Source: Eledone cirrhosa (taxonomy: Eukaryota). Taken from it: 64,000 nt of DNA. The translations under genes and the position numbers were made by a program. Each line of letters opens with the position of its first letter. The stretch's first letter is position 1. Where the stretch lies: positions 424,266,001-424,330,000 of the forward strand of contig OZ024740.1 of the NCBI GenBank assembly GCA_964016885.1, read 5' to 3'. Under the pieces are notes generated by a model that worked only from the letters and a program-made list of their open reading frames with translations, was not told the DNA's origin and ran no database searches. Of the stretch, positions 1-12,834 are shown piece after piece.

Positions 1-1709
1 GGAAAAATAATACATAAAATAACGAAAGGAAAAGGAAAAACTAATTGAAGAAAGAATCTAATCTTTTTTTCATAAATCCAGCAGATCCATAGATAAACTG
101 CATCTCTAGTTATGAACGACATCATCATCATAATAACAGTAATAATAATCATAATGATGATGATAATGGTGATGATGGGGATGATAATGGTTGTGGTGGC
201 GATGATGATGGTGATGATAAAATAAAAAAAAAGTAGCTTTATGAAACTTATTTTTAAATGACCTGGAAAAATAGTTTTAAAATGATAAAAATCAAATCTG
301 AAAAGACTTAGTATGAAGATGTCCCGATGTTTATGAATTTTATATTTAAAAAAAAAAAAGAGAGAAAAAGTAAGCTTCTTCTTGGAATGGAATATCATGT
401 AATGAAGCATCATCAACAATACTATTGCTAAGTGAATTATTATGGTTTGCTTATTCATAGAAATTCTTCACTTCTTCATAGCTACTACAGCAAGCTCTCT
501 CTCTCTCTCCTCTTTCACTCACTAGATAGATACAAATCCTTCCATTGTGTTAAATTCAACCATATTTTAATAAACTTCAAATGGAACAAATGCTTCATTA
601 ATTTCCAAATTCTCTTCTCATGAAATGAAAGTATTTCCTTTGAAGAAATAGAAAAAAGTAATAAAAAAAAAGACAAGGATTATAATTTCTTCTTCCTTTA
701 TCTCCCCTTCTTCCTCCTACTACTGCTAGTATTCCCACCACCACTATTAGTCCTACTACTACTACCACCACCACCACTACTACTACTACCCCCACCACTG
801 CTACTATTATTAAGATCACTACCACTGCTGCTACTACTACTACCACCACCACTAATACAACAATAACAACATTGAAGTTATTTAACTAAATGAACTAGTG
901 CTGATCTTGTAAACGAAGGTTAAGAAAATTACCACTAAACACACTAATTAATGTTACGTAACAAATTAGAAATTATTCAAGGGAATTTAAAGCTGAAATT
1001 AGTAATTTCTAATTTAGTCAAGATTTATTCCTAAATTCTATCTTATCTACTTATCTTGTCATTAAAAAAAGATATGTTTGAAACATAATATTGAGAGCAA
1101 TAACATTATTGTACATGTCACATGGTAAACTGTGGTTCTAGCTTCTTTATGAGCTGTAACTGTAATTAACTTTGTATTCACAGTTGATCTAGTTTCACAT
1201 TCCCTAACACAGCTAATCACCCTGGGAAATACATAAATGACTTAACTTACAGTTACCACACACCACCACCACACCACCACCACACCACCACATCTATTTA
1301 AAATGTACACACACACCTCATACACCACACATATCACACACGCATCACATATACCACACAAATGACACTCTCCACATACCACACATCACACAGCATGCAT
1401 GAAATAACTATGACAGTAAGCAAGCCCAGTTAAGAGGTGATATAATGCCACGCTCTTCTTTGAATTCTACTATATATTTTATAGTGTGCAGTCTACCACG
1501 ATATCTGTAATTTATAGTATTGTAATGTATAGGAGTCTCATCATTATCATCATCATGGTCATCATTTAACATTAGTTTTCTCTTCTAGCATAGCTTGAAT
1601 GGGTCTTCACAGACAAAGTCAATACTTAAATGTAAATGATAAAAGATGTTTATGTAAATAAATGTTTGTAGGACACTTTTGTTTTATATCATAAGGGATA
1701 TAGTAAAAG

Positions 1710-1866
1710 GTGATGACTTGGCAGAGTTATTAGAACATTAAATAGAATGCTTTGCTGTATTCATTCTGGCTATCTTATCTCCGATTTCAAATCCTGCTGA
1801 GGTCAACTTTGCCTTTCAGACTTTCGAGGGCGATAAAAAAAAAAGTACCAGTCTAGTACTGAGTTG
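1710..1866 (+). mobile_element. tRNA-derived SINE, family 2 (degenerate copy)
   Basis: Decayed A/B boxes (tggcagagttatt; gatttcaaatcc) followed by the central motif gaggtcaactttgcctttc...gataaaa..aagtaccag shared with copies at 41.2k, 44.7k, 47.0k, 50.7k, 53.9k and 55.1k. Confidence 0.7.
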
Positions 1867-2003
1867 ATTTTTCCTCTATATCTCTTTCTCACCCTGCCAC
1901 TCTCTCTCTGGAAGAAATTGGTTGTATTCAGACGAGGAGGAAATGGGCTCCACCAGGCTTATAAATGGGCTCCACCATGCCCAAGAAATGCCATATGTCA
2001 CTA

Positions 2004-2169
2004 CAGTGCCCCTATGACTCCACTTGGAGAGACGTATTTTATATCCAATAAAGGATATGATATGTTCATTAATAAATTATTTAATAGATAAGGGCCATAA
2101 CATTTGCTTGAGGGAGGTTTCTTCTCTGAAAACCTGTTGTCCATCTCTCCTGAGAGTTTCTTACCACTG
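2004..2169. mobile_element. Possible Tc1/mariner-type MITE
   Basis: TA|CAGTG ... CACTG|TA ends; 2085-2171 is reverse-complement similar to 42903-43000. Confidence 0.4.
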
Positions 2170-2292
2170 TACAAAATATCCCCCACTATTATTCAACATC
2201 GTATAATGGATGCAGGTATAGCTGAGTGGTAAAGAAACTCACTCACAACCATAGCCACAGGTAAAATAACATGTATGATGCAATGTGATATT

Positions 2293-2632
2293 TTTCATGA
2301 CCACATTTCTGATAAAATACACTCTATTATAATTAATTAATGAAAATTTTTGAGGGATTTACTAAGATTATTAATTATTTCATTACTAAGATAGTAACTT
2401 AATGTAAGGTTCTTATATAATACTATGTTGGAAAATTTTAATTTAAATTGGAAACCCTTAAAATGGGTGATTTTATTTCACAGAACCAGAGCCGGTTTTG
2501 GATAGTAACTTAATGTAAGGTTCTTATATAATACTATGTTGGAAAATTTTAATTTAAATTGGAAACCCTTAAAATGGGTGATTTTATTTCACAGAACCAG
2601 AGCCGGTTTTGGCGGGGTTAGTAACAAAAGGG
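2293..2632 (+). mobile_element. piggyBac-type MITE (left end eroded) with internal 111-bp tandem duplication
   Basis: Homologous to the TTAA-flanked element at 54320-54551; ends ...aaaaggg; 2390-2500 repeated at 2501-2611. Confidence 0.75.
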
Positions 2633-3643
2633 TTAGAGACAGTGTGTTATCTGAGGGAGATGTGATCAACTACACAAAGACTCTCTCAACTTTCAAGGCT
2701 TAGCTTCCTTAGTTTAATTATTTTAGCCAGAAAAGTGAAATCAGCGAAGAACTTCAAGAATGAAGTACAAATGAAATTTAAGAAAAAAAAACTTTTAAAT
2801 TTTATTTAAAAAACATTTTCAGAAAAAGAAAAAGCAGAGAACTAAATAATACAAGTGTAGATTACGACATGGGTGGGCATTGTGACCAAGATTTGGAGAG
2901 GCCTGCAGCTAATAAATCCTAATTAACTGGTGGTGGTAGTGGGGTAGGACAGGTGGAGTTTATAACAGAGAAAGAAAGGATTAATAAAAAATAAAATAGT
3001 ATTTAAGAGTTAAAGCTATGCAGCATGGAATGTAATGATTTAGAAAGTTATAGCCATTACATGTAATAGTGATTTCATTTTATAGAGAGAGAGAGAGATA
3101 GAAAGAGAGAGGGGAGAGAGAGGGGGAGAGAAAGTGAGAGGGGAGTGAGAGAGATTCTATTAAATAAGAGAGAGGGAGAGAGTAACAAAGGAAGAGTGAA
3201 AGAGAGATTCTATTCAATTTTACAGAGAGAGAGAGAAAGAGAGAGCGAGAGAGAGAGGGGGGGGGGGGAGAACAGAGTCCCCTTTTAAAGTTAGAAAATA
3301 TATTTCAACTCCTAAAATTCTATTCTGAACAAACAATCTAATGAAAGACAAAATTTAATATAAAAAATTATGTTAGAACCATACACTGAGCCAATAAGGT
3401 TTGAACCATATCATGAGCCAAAAGGGTAACCCCTATGTAGTGGTTGCTCAAACTGTGAGAAATAGCAGCAAAATATCCTCTAAATCATACTCTTTTAATG
3501 TTCCAGCCCACAATGTTACCACCTTAAAATAACAAAACAAACATATTTGACAATATAGGTTTGTTTGGTCAAGGACGACCTGGAGCTCGAGGATGACCTG
3601 TCATTGAGACTTGTATGCATGGGCTACTGTTGTCTCCTATTAA

Positions 3644-3844
3644 CCCTTTAGAATTTACATTACTCTTTATTTACTATCATATTTTCATGGTAAGAGCTTT
3701 ACCCCACATAATTATCTCAAATAATATTGAATCCTATGAGGTTTTGATATTATTTATTTTGAGAGCAATACCATAACATCAGCATAGTCAGTCGGTTACA
3801 GCCAGTTTGAACAGAGATATATGACTGATTTAAATGCAAAAGAG
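3644..3844. mobile_element. piggyBac-type MITE with TTAA target-site duplication
   Basis: TTAA|ccctttagaattta ... taaatgcaaaagag|TTAA; the paralogous empty site at ~3919-4010 has a single TTAA. Confidence 0.75.
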
Positions 3845-4244
3845 TTAAGGAAAAAAGCAAAAAAAAAACTTGTCCTTGCCTGTCTCTCAAGAGGAACTTC
3901 CTCATTGAATGACAACCGGTCATTGAGGCTTGTATGCATGAGTTACTGTTAGTCTCCTATTAAGAAAAACAGCTTGACCTTGCCTGTGCATTTCAAGAGG
4001 AACTTTTCCAGTGCATATTTATAGTTACACAAGATGTGTGAAAGTCCCAGATAAATACAAACCATGAAGGTATTATTGAATAAATAGATTACATGATATA
4101 GCAACCACCACAGGTCATATCTTAATTATTACGCAATCTAAACTAAGTTGCTTTGTGAAATATCAGACTGGCAATGATAAAATAACAGGCAGGCAAATAA
4201 ATACTAAAACATAATTAATTCATGTTTTAGAACTTAGTATGATG

Positions 4245-4392
4245 GGGCATGTGGCTTTGTGATGAGGCTGTTGGACTTAAGATCACAATGCCATGGGTTC
4301 AATTCCTGGACTGGGTTGAGTGTTGAGCAAAACACTCCATTTCACATTGCACCCGTATACTCAACTGAAAATGAGTACCAGCAATAGCTGGG
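4245..4392 (+). mobile_element. tRNA/CORE-like SINE, family 1 (old copy)
   Basis: B box gggttcaattcc followed by ttgagcaaaacact...tttcacattgc...ctcaactgaaaatgag, as in the 36762 copy. Confidence 0.65.
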
Positions 4393-5260
4393 GGGGGGGG
4401 GGTCTGGTACAGGATCTGGGCTTGTGACAGACTTTAGACTTTGTGGTTTGAGAGAGATTTAATTGTTATTTTTAGCAAGAGAAATGTCCATCCCATAGAA
4501 ACTTCACATATGATAATCTCTTTCTCTCTCCCTCTCTCACACACACACACACACATTTTAAATACACAGTGAAAGTATCAAATAAGAGATCAAACTATAT
4601 ATATCAACCCTGCCAAAAAAGCATTTATATTCAATTTGTTGTTTTAAAAAACAATTTCTGTAAACTTTATTCCGAAAGAAAAACAAAAGATATATTTTTT
4701 TTTATGTAAAATACAAAAAATATATTTGCTAAAAAAAAAAATTCTTTACCCTCAAAAGTTAAGTTTCTTGAATAATAATAATAATATAAAACCCAGGACT
4801 TACAACTATATACAGCATACAAAAGAATAGTATTACTAGGCACTGCATACATATTATGAAGTGTACTCTCAATACAATAGAAACAACAACATAAACCACA
4901 CTGGATACCCTAGGTGCACAGAGCTGTGTTCAGTAATGTAGTGACGATGCACAACAAAAATAAAACTAATAATTATAATAACAACAACAATAATGATAAT
5001 AATAATGGAGAAGATAATAATTATAATGATACTAGATAAAGTTGTAAGCAAGCAGAGTTTAGTTCTTCTAGTAGTTGTGAATTCATGGATGACAAAAACA
5101 AAGTTTTTGTAAGTAGTAGTGCAAGTAAAGGACTTTGACATTTGAAATATGCATAAGAATGCCTCCAATGATTTGACTGTCAGTTAAGATCGATCAAACA
5201 CAACACAGAATACTCTTAAGTAATTTGTGAACACGCCAAGTGCTTCCGAGCTAATAAAGC

Positions 5261-5313
5261 TTAGCAAAGGCAGCCTACTGCTGTCAAGAGAGCATTGATA
5301 ATGCCAGATCCAG
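5261..5313 (-). CDS. Candidate terminal coding exon of an unidentified host gene (xGSGIINALLTAVGCLC*)
   Basis: Long polypyrimidine tract + tttag acceptor on the - strand, then an open non-repetitive reading to TAA, then AT-rich UTR-like unique sequence; no upstream exon identified. Confidence 0.3.
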
Positions 5314-5599
5314 CTAAAGCAGAAACAAAAGAAAAAATAACCAAATAAAAAAAATGGCTATGAAAATGCGTAACTAAAATCACCATCTTTTTAGTTTCCT
5401 ATTAGGAAAGAAGAATGAAGGGGTGAATGGCAGGGGTTTTTAGAACTAAGATTATAAAAGTTGGGTATTTTAGCAAAATAAAATAAAACATTTCAACCAT
5501 ATCTTTCTTTTTCCCCCCCCACCAATCAAAGACACACACACACACATACACATACATGCATATATGTATACACACACACACCCATATATATATATATAT

Positions 5600-6077
5600 A
5601 TAATATAAAATCAAAAGATGGTTAAAAGAGTTCCATGTATTTTATTATGCGCATTTCAAAAACAAATATCATCATGGGATGATATTTGCGTTCTCATGAG
5701 ATAAAATAGGGAGACATGATATGAAACTTAAAAAACACTTGCGAAGAGTGAAGTGTTAAATCAACATATGTTGATTTAACACTTCACTGTTCACAAGTGT
5801 TTTTTAAGTTAAATCAACATATGTTAATTTAACACTTCACTGTTCGCAAGTGTTTTTTAAGTTTCATATCATGTCTCCCTATTTTATCTGATGAGAACGC
5901 AAATATCATCCCATGATGATATTTGTTTTTGAAATGCGCATAATAAAATACATGGAACTCTTTTAACCATCTTTTGATTTTATATTATTTATACTCCAGT
6001 TCTATAAACTGTTGAGTGCTACTTAACCGATATTTGCATTGCTTTATTGTGCTACAATAAAACTCACCTCCTACATT
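5600..6077 (+). mobile_element. Penelope-like (PLE) fold-back remnant, family 1: inverted arm + arm with 3' tail, in a TA tract
   Basis: 5600-~5765 is the reverse complement of ~5822-5988; an unpaired ~90-nt tail follows; contains a hammerhead motif and AATAAA; flanked by (TA)n. Confidence 0.75.
5880..5950 (+). ncRNA. Minimal type-I hammerhead ribozyme motif
   Basis: Stem I tattttat/ataaaata; CUGAUGA 5888-5894; ~16-bp stem II; GAAA 5931-5934; palindromic stem III ATGCGCAT; cleavage triplet AUA. Confidence 0.8.
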
Positions 6078-6755
6078 ATATATATATATATGTGTGAGTG
6101 CATATATCATCATCATCGCTTAACGTCCACTGCCCATGCTTGCATGGGTTAGACGGGTCACCCACATCATGAGACAAGTCTGGCCAGATTGGCCGCACCG
6201 TACCTTGCTCAGACGGAACTGTGTATGATGATGATAATACTCACACACACACACACGTGTGTGTGTGTGTGTGTGTTATCATGACATTTACATTTGATGG
6301 GTTATCAAGTTAGTACATAAAATTAAAGCTGCTTGAGTTGATCATTAAAGTATTGCTTGGGTTTGCCAGAAAGTCTTTTGCCATAAGTAAGACTTCTAAA
6401 AGGAAGGTCCATGGCAATCTAGTAGGGGTTAATGGGAGTATTATAGCCTCAATGCTAGGACAAGGGGATCTTAAGAGTTTCCTTGTTATTTGTAATGTGA
6501 TCATTCCAGTGATATGAAGGCTGTGATGCAGTTTGTTGGAATCCTTCTAACAAGTATTGGTATTTATTTATGTATATGTCCGCAGTACACTCTGTGAAGT
6601 GATTGGCAATGGGAAGAGCATCCAGCTTTAGAAATTATACAATAGTTGGAATATATCTGAGATGTGATCCCTGTCTTGTCTGGGAAGGTAGATCTGTTTA
6701 AATATTTTCTTATTACTCATGCAATCAATGCCAGTATGGAAAAATGGATGTTAAA

Positions 6756-6819
<64 letters not shown>

Positions 6820-6859
6820 ACATGACAAATAGTCCTTTTTATTATGTGTGTGTGTGTCT

Positions 6860-6934
<75 letters not shown>

Positions 6935-7958
6935 AATATATATTCTCTACTTCCTATAACAAGAAATTAATTCTTTCAGTTTGAGAAATCAACTGAAATT
7001 TTATGTTTGCTAATAGACAAAGTAACAAATAATCCCACATAGTTTAATATCACAGAAAGACACAAACAAAATATTCAATATAAAATGTGTTGAAATAGTT
7101 TTAACAGTAAATCTCTTCTTGTCTTATGTAATATATAATAATGTAAGTGAGTCAATCAGATTTGACAGGATTCCAAATATAAGTTAACAAATATTTCTTC
7201 AATTCCAAGAAAACCGTCCCCTAATCCATCGATATAAGTGTCATATTGGATCTCAGATGATTCTCAAAGATCTCTGTACAAAATGGATTATTTCACTATC
7301 ATGATTACAGTAGAGTAGTCTGGTGATTTCAGTGTAAAAAACTGCTTTATTGCTTTATTTTTTTTACTTTGGAGGGTTGGTGTGTGTGCGTGTGCGTGTG
7401 CGTGTGCGTGCGTGGGGGGGGGGGGTATATGTGGTGGTGGTGGATTTTGGAGATTTGATCTTTTTTGTTCATAAGCGTGTGTGAGAACCAGAATGTATGT
7501 GAGACGTGGCCCCTAGCTAGCCAGGGAAGATAGTAGCCCCAATTAAGTACTGACTTTGTCTGTGGCGACCCATCAAATCAATGGTAGCATGGGAAATTAA
7601 ATGATGATGATTAAATATACATTATATATATATATATATAAATATATGTAGTGAAAGAATAACATGGTTGGCTGTACAAAAAGGGTTTTATTTACAGTAT
7701 TAACAATTGTTTCATTGATCAGGTGAGTCTAAAGGCAGCTGATCACTCAACCTTAAATTAAGTGTGTGTGTCTGATTAAATTATTGGAATACTGAGAATT
7801 CTCGCAAACTAAGTAAGGAAACCACTTCTTGAATCAAACAACACCGTATGTTAAAACTACCCATAGTACAGAGTACTCACAACCTCTAACTGCATTACCT
7901 AAACCGATAACTTGTTATCCCATATATATATATATATTACTATATATATATATATATA

Positions 7959-8176
7959 GTAATAATAATAAATTTGAAGACTAAAATCTAAAGAGGGCTC
8001 GATAAGGATAAATATATATCAAATATATAAGAACCGTAGAGCAAATATTTATTAAAATAACAGATTAAAGTTTAAGCAAAGAATCGCTGCTTTCACCCTT
8101 AACGGGATTTTCAGAAGATCCTGTTAAGGGTGAAAGCAGCAAGTCTTTGCTTAAACTTTATTCTGTTATTTTAATA
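7959..8176 (-). mobile_element. PLE-like fold-back remnant, family 2 (short copy)
   Basis: Inverted arms ~8050-8110 and ~8119-8176 plus a ~90-nt tail at 7959-8049; near-identical to 24615-24770; TA tracts on both sides. Confidence 0.65.
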
Positions 8177-8456
8177 TATATATATATTATATATACATAC
8201 ACACATACATACATATATATACTGTATGATACAGTCACCTGGGACAACCCGTCTAACCCATGCTAGCATGGAAAATAGATGTGAAATTATGATGATGATG
8301 ACGTGTGTGCATATATATTTATACACCCATTATCCAATGGATATTGGAGACAGAGAGGGGGAGGGAGGGGGAGAGATGGTGGGTATAGGAGAATATTTAA
8401 CACACACACACATATATATATATACACCCATATATATGTATATATATATATATACA

Positions 8457-10031
8457 CTCTACCTGGCATTCGTCGATCTCGAGAAGGCCTTTGACAGAGT
8501 TCCACGTGCTATAATCTGGCGGGCGCTTAGAAAACTTGGGCGCATAGAAAACTAGGAGTAGATGAATGGCGTGAGAATGCTGTACAAGCCATGTATAGGG
8601 GAGCAGTCAGCAAAGTTAGGATTAGCAATGAGTATAGCGAAGGAATTTAGTGTACAGGTTGGTGTACACCAGCGCTCTATTCTTAGCCCTCTCCTGTTCA
8701 TCATAGTGCTGCAGGCAATAACGGAGGAGTTTAAGACTGGATGCCCATGGGAACTCCTGTATGCAGATGACCTCGCACTTATAGCTGAATCTATGGTAGA
8801 ACTAGAGAAGAAATTCCAAACTTGGAAGCAGGGACTAGAAAGAAAGGGTCTCAAAGTCAACATGACAAAGACTAAGGTCCTTGTAAGTAGACGAGAAAAC
8901 AGAACCCAGATCCCCTCAGGGAAATGGCCTTGCTCAGTATGTAGGAAAGGTGTAGGTAGGAACTCCATTCTCTGCCCCAAATGCAAACAATGGGTACACA
9001 AGAGATGTAGCGGGATCTCAGGAAGCTTAATTAAGAATGTAGGCTTCACATGTAGCAGCTGTGCTGGGACAGCAAGCAGCAAACAGCCACAGGAAAAAAG
9101 TACCACCAATCTCTGGGAGGGCTCTGTAGAAACAGTAGACAGCTTCTGCTACCTAGGTGACCGAATTAGCAGCGGAGGTGAGTGTTCAGAAAGTACAATA
9201 ACTAGGGTAAGAACGGGATGGAAGAAGTTCAGGGAACTACTGCCACTGCTAGCTGCAAAAGGCTTCTCCCTTAAAATGAAAGGCAGACTGTATGATGCGT
9301 GTATACGAACAGCAATGTTACATGGTAGTGAGACCTGGGCGCTGAAGGTGGAAGACTTACATAGATTAGAAAGAAATGAAGCCTGCATGCTCCGATGGAT
9401 GTGTAATAGTAATATACGCGAACGGCAAAGCATAAATGAATTGAGAGAGAGACAGCATAAGAGGAATCAAATGTTGTGTGCAGGAGAGGCGGTTGCGTTG
9501 GTATGGACATGTGACGCATTTGAAGGATGACAGCTGCATAAAAAGGTGCAGAACACTAGAGGGTCAATGGAAACCACGGAGTGGGGAGACCCATGAAGAC
9601 CTGGGATGAGGTGATAAAAGCCGACCTTACCCAATTATACCTCTCAAAGACCATGACACACGACCGTGACCTCTGGCGTCACACAGTAATACAGAGTACC
9701 CGACCTCGCATGGGTAGAAGCTGAAGCATATAGACAATATGCCCCCACACCCTCCCACTGCAAAGTGGTCGTGGAGGTGCACGGCAAAAAAGCACCCAGC
9801 CCACACTGTAAAGTGGACGTGTAGGCGCCACGGAAAAAGCACCCAGCACTCACTGTAAATGAGGTTGGTGTTAGGAAGGGCATCCAGCTGTAGAAATCAA
9901 GCCAAAATCAGTTCCTGTATGAGCAAGGCATGGTCAGCCTACCAGACACTGCCCACAACAGGACAACCCGTCTAACCCATGCTAGCATGGAAGAACAGAC
10001 GTAAAACGGTGATGATGATGGTGATGGTGAT
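8457..10031 (+). mobile_element. RTE-clade LINE, subfamily B, 5'-truncated (RT, PHD insert, 3' UTR, (GAT)n tail); frameshifted
   Basis: LYLAFVDLEKAFDRVP, GVHQ.SILSPLLF, LLYADD, C4HC3 finger, FCYLG, HGSETW; ends in the ccatgctagcatgg stem-loop and (gat)n. Confidence 0.95.
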
Positions 10032-10116
10032 ATATAATTACACATAGTCAAACCAACAAAAAAAAATCTAAATAATTATATGCAAAAAATCAGAAAGGGA
10101 ACTTAAATATACAAAC

Positions 10117-10158
<42 letters not shown>

Positions 10159-10627
10159 TACACACCAACATCTCACACATGTATACTTAGATACATAGTA
10201 TATGACACATTCACATGTGTACATACACACACACATTATACATACCATCATCACACACATACACATTCACACACAGTATGATGTGCACATTCACACATCT
10301 AAATAAACACACACACACACATCTTAAATATATCATCATCTCACACAATAAATATGACACACATCCACACACAGTATATGACACATCATACACACAGCAT
10401 ACGACACACATCCACACATGCGTACACACACACACACACGTATATATATATATATATGAATTTATTAATATGAATGGCAGTGAATAAATAGAGAAGCTAT
10501 CCCTAACAAAGCACTTTAGACTTTCATTTGGATTTAGTTATGTAAATTTTGAACTTGCTGCCCTCTCACAAAAACTGTTTGGAGACTGTTTTCACTGATG
10601 GAAATAATTTATGGTAGTTTTCTATAA

Positions 10628-10664
10628 AATATTGATATATATATATGTATATATGTAAATATTG

Positions 10665-10695
<31 letters not shown>

Positions 10696-10995
10696 AATAT
10701 TGATATATATATATATATGTAAATATTGATATATATATATTGTATCTGTATTATTTTTGACCGCCGGTCAGTCAATGGCAACATTGAGGACCGAGTAAGT
10801 TAGATCGCAGATATATATATATAAAAGACAGCGAGAAGCGAAAACCAACCAAACAGTGAGTGTGTTCTGTTATTAATTCTGGCAATATTACGCAAATATG
10901 ACCCTCCCCAAATATAACAATATATATATATATATATGTAAATATTGATATATATATATATGTAAATATTGATATATATATATATGTAAATATTG

Positions 10996-11026
<31 letters not shown>

Positions 11027-11055
11027 AATATTGATATATATATATATGTAAATAT

Positions 11056-11124
<69 letters not shown>

Positions 11125-11133
11125 AATATTTGT

Positions 11134-11180
<47 letters not shown>

Positions 11181-11250
11181 TGTAAATATATATATATATG
11201 TAAATATCTGTGTATATATATATATATATATATGTAAATATTTGTGTATA
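10628..11250. repeat. Compound satellite [gtaaatattga(ta)n] interrupted by unique sequence at ~10740-10920
   Basis: Repeated gtaaatattga anchor separated by variable-length TA runs. Confidence 0.85.
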
Positions 11251-11251
11251 T

Positions 11252-12418
11252 ATCATCATCATCGTTTAACGTCCATGTTCCACGCTAGCATGGGTTTGGA
11301 TGGGAGTTTTCCCACTTGAGGCAAGAGTGGTTGTCTTGCTCGCATAGGACTGTCTGACGGGTTTTCTACAGTTGGATGCCCTTCCTAACACCAACCACAT
11401 TTACAGTGTGGGTCTGAGAGGTTTTTACTGTGTTGCCTACACGGCCACATTACAGCGTGGACTGTGTGTTTTTTTGTCGTGACACCTACACGATCTCATT
11501 TGTTTCGGCCTGGATGTTGTGGCACCAACATAACTTTACATTGAAAGGGGTGAGTTTTGTTAGAGATGCCTACTGACTGTAGTAGGTTTTACTTTGTATT
11601 CAGGTAAGGCAGGTCTTCTCTATTACTGAGTACCGTCAAAGATCTCGGTCCAGTGACATTGTCTTGGAGAGGTGTAAGTGTGTGAGGTCGAAATTTATCA
11701 GGTCGTCCCAGGTTTTACTGGGTCTGCCTACTCCGTGGCTACCGTCTATCTTTATTGCCCTGCACTTTGTTATACAGCTATCGTCCTTCATGCGCATCAC
11801 GTGACCATACCAACATAGCCTTCTCTCGACTAAACAACATCTGATCCCTCTTATTTCTAATTTCTCCCTTAGTTCGTTTATGCTTTTCCGTTCACGTATA
11901 TTACTATTACACATCCAGCGGAGCATGCAAGCTTCGTTCCTCTCCAGTCTGCGTATATCCTCTGCACACAATGCCCAGGTCTCACTGCCATGCAACATTG
12001 CTGTTCGTATGCAGGCATCATGCAGCCTGCCTTTCATTTTTAGGGAGAACCCTTTAGCGGCTAATAGTTGTATAAGCTCTTTGAACTTTTTCCATCCAGT
12101 TCTGACTCTAGCTACTGTACTTTCAGAGCACCCTCCCCCACTGCTAATTTTGTCACCCAGGTAACGGAAGCTGTCCACTATTTCTATAGAACCCTCTGCG
12201 CAATTGAAAGAGCTAGTATTTAGTGGGCACTTGCTGCTACTTATTGCACCAGAGCACCGGCCACATGTAAAATCTATGTTCTTAGTTAGCTTACCTGTGA
12301 TCCCACTACATCTTTTATGCACCCATACTTTGCATTTGGGACATAAAATGGAGTTTCTACCTACGCCTTTCCTACACACTGAGCATGGCCATTTCCCGGA
12401 AGGGACCGGCGCCTTATT
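11252..12418 (-). mobile_element. RTE-clade LINE, subfamily A, 5'-truncated
   Basis: ORF 11636-12418 matches the C-terminal part of the 19-22 kb element (PHD, FRYLG, HGSETW, RLxWYGH); complete 3' UTR and (GAT)n tail. Confidence 0.95.
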
Positions 12419-12421
12419 ATA

Positions 12422-12457
<36 letters not shown>

Positions 12458-12484
12458 TATATATGTAAACATTGATATATACAC

Positions 12485-12539
<55 letters not shown>

Positions 12540-12834
12540 AATAACATGCAATTGGCTTTTGGGAGAAACTAGCTGGTTCTGTGTGTGTGTGTGTGTGTGT
12601 GGTAAATATACAACAGAGAGAGAGAATACAGAGCTAAATATAAATAGCAAGAGAGAGGGAGAGAGAGAGCTGGAAAGTGATCAACTTTGGAAATATTAAT
12701 GACAAATATAAACTTAAGTTTAGTAACCCAATCCAACCCCCATTTCCTTCATACTAACACTGAATACCAGAATTTCTTGGGCTATATATAAAATCCCTTT
12801 AACCTGTCCACAAAAATCACTGCCTACCCCACCC

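Noticed and set aside
7695-7760. Minus-strand hammerhead with palindromic ACAATTGT stem III
   Set aside because: Stem II and GAAA are present but there is no recognisable CUGANGA or stem I
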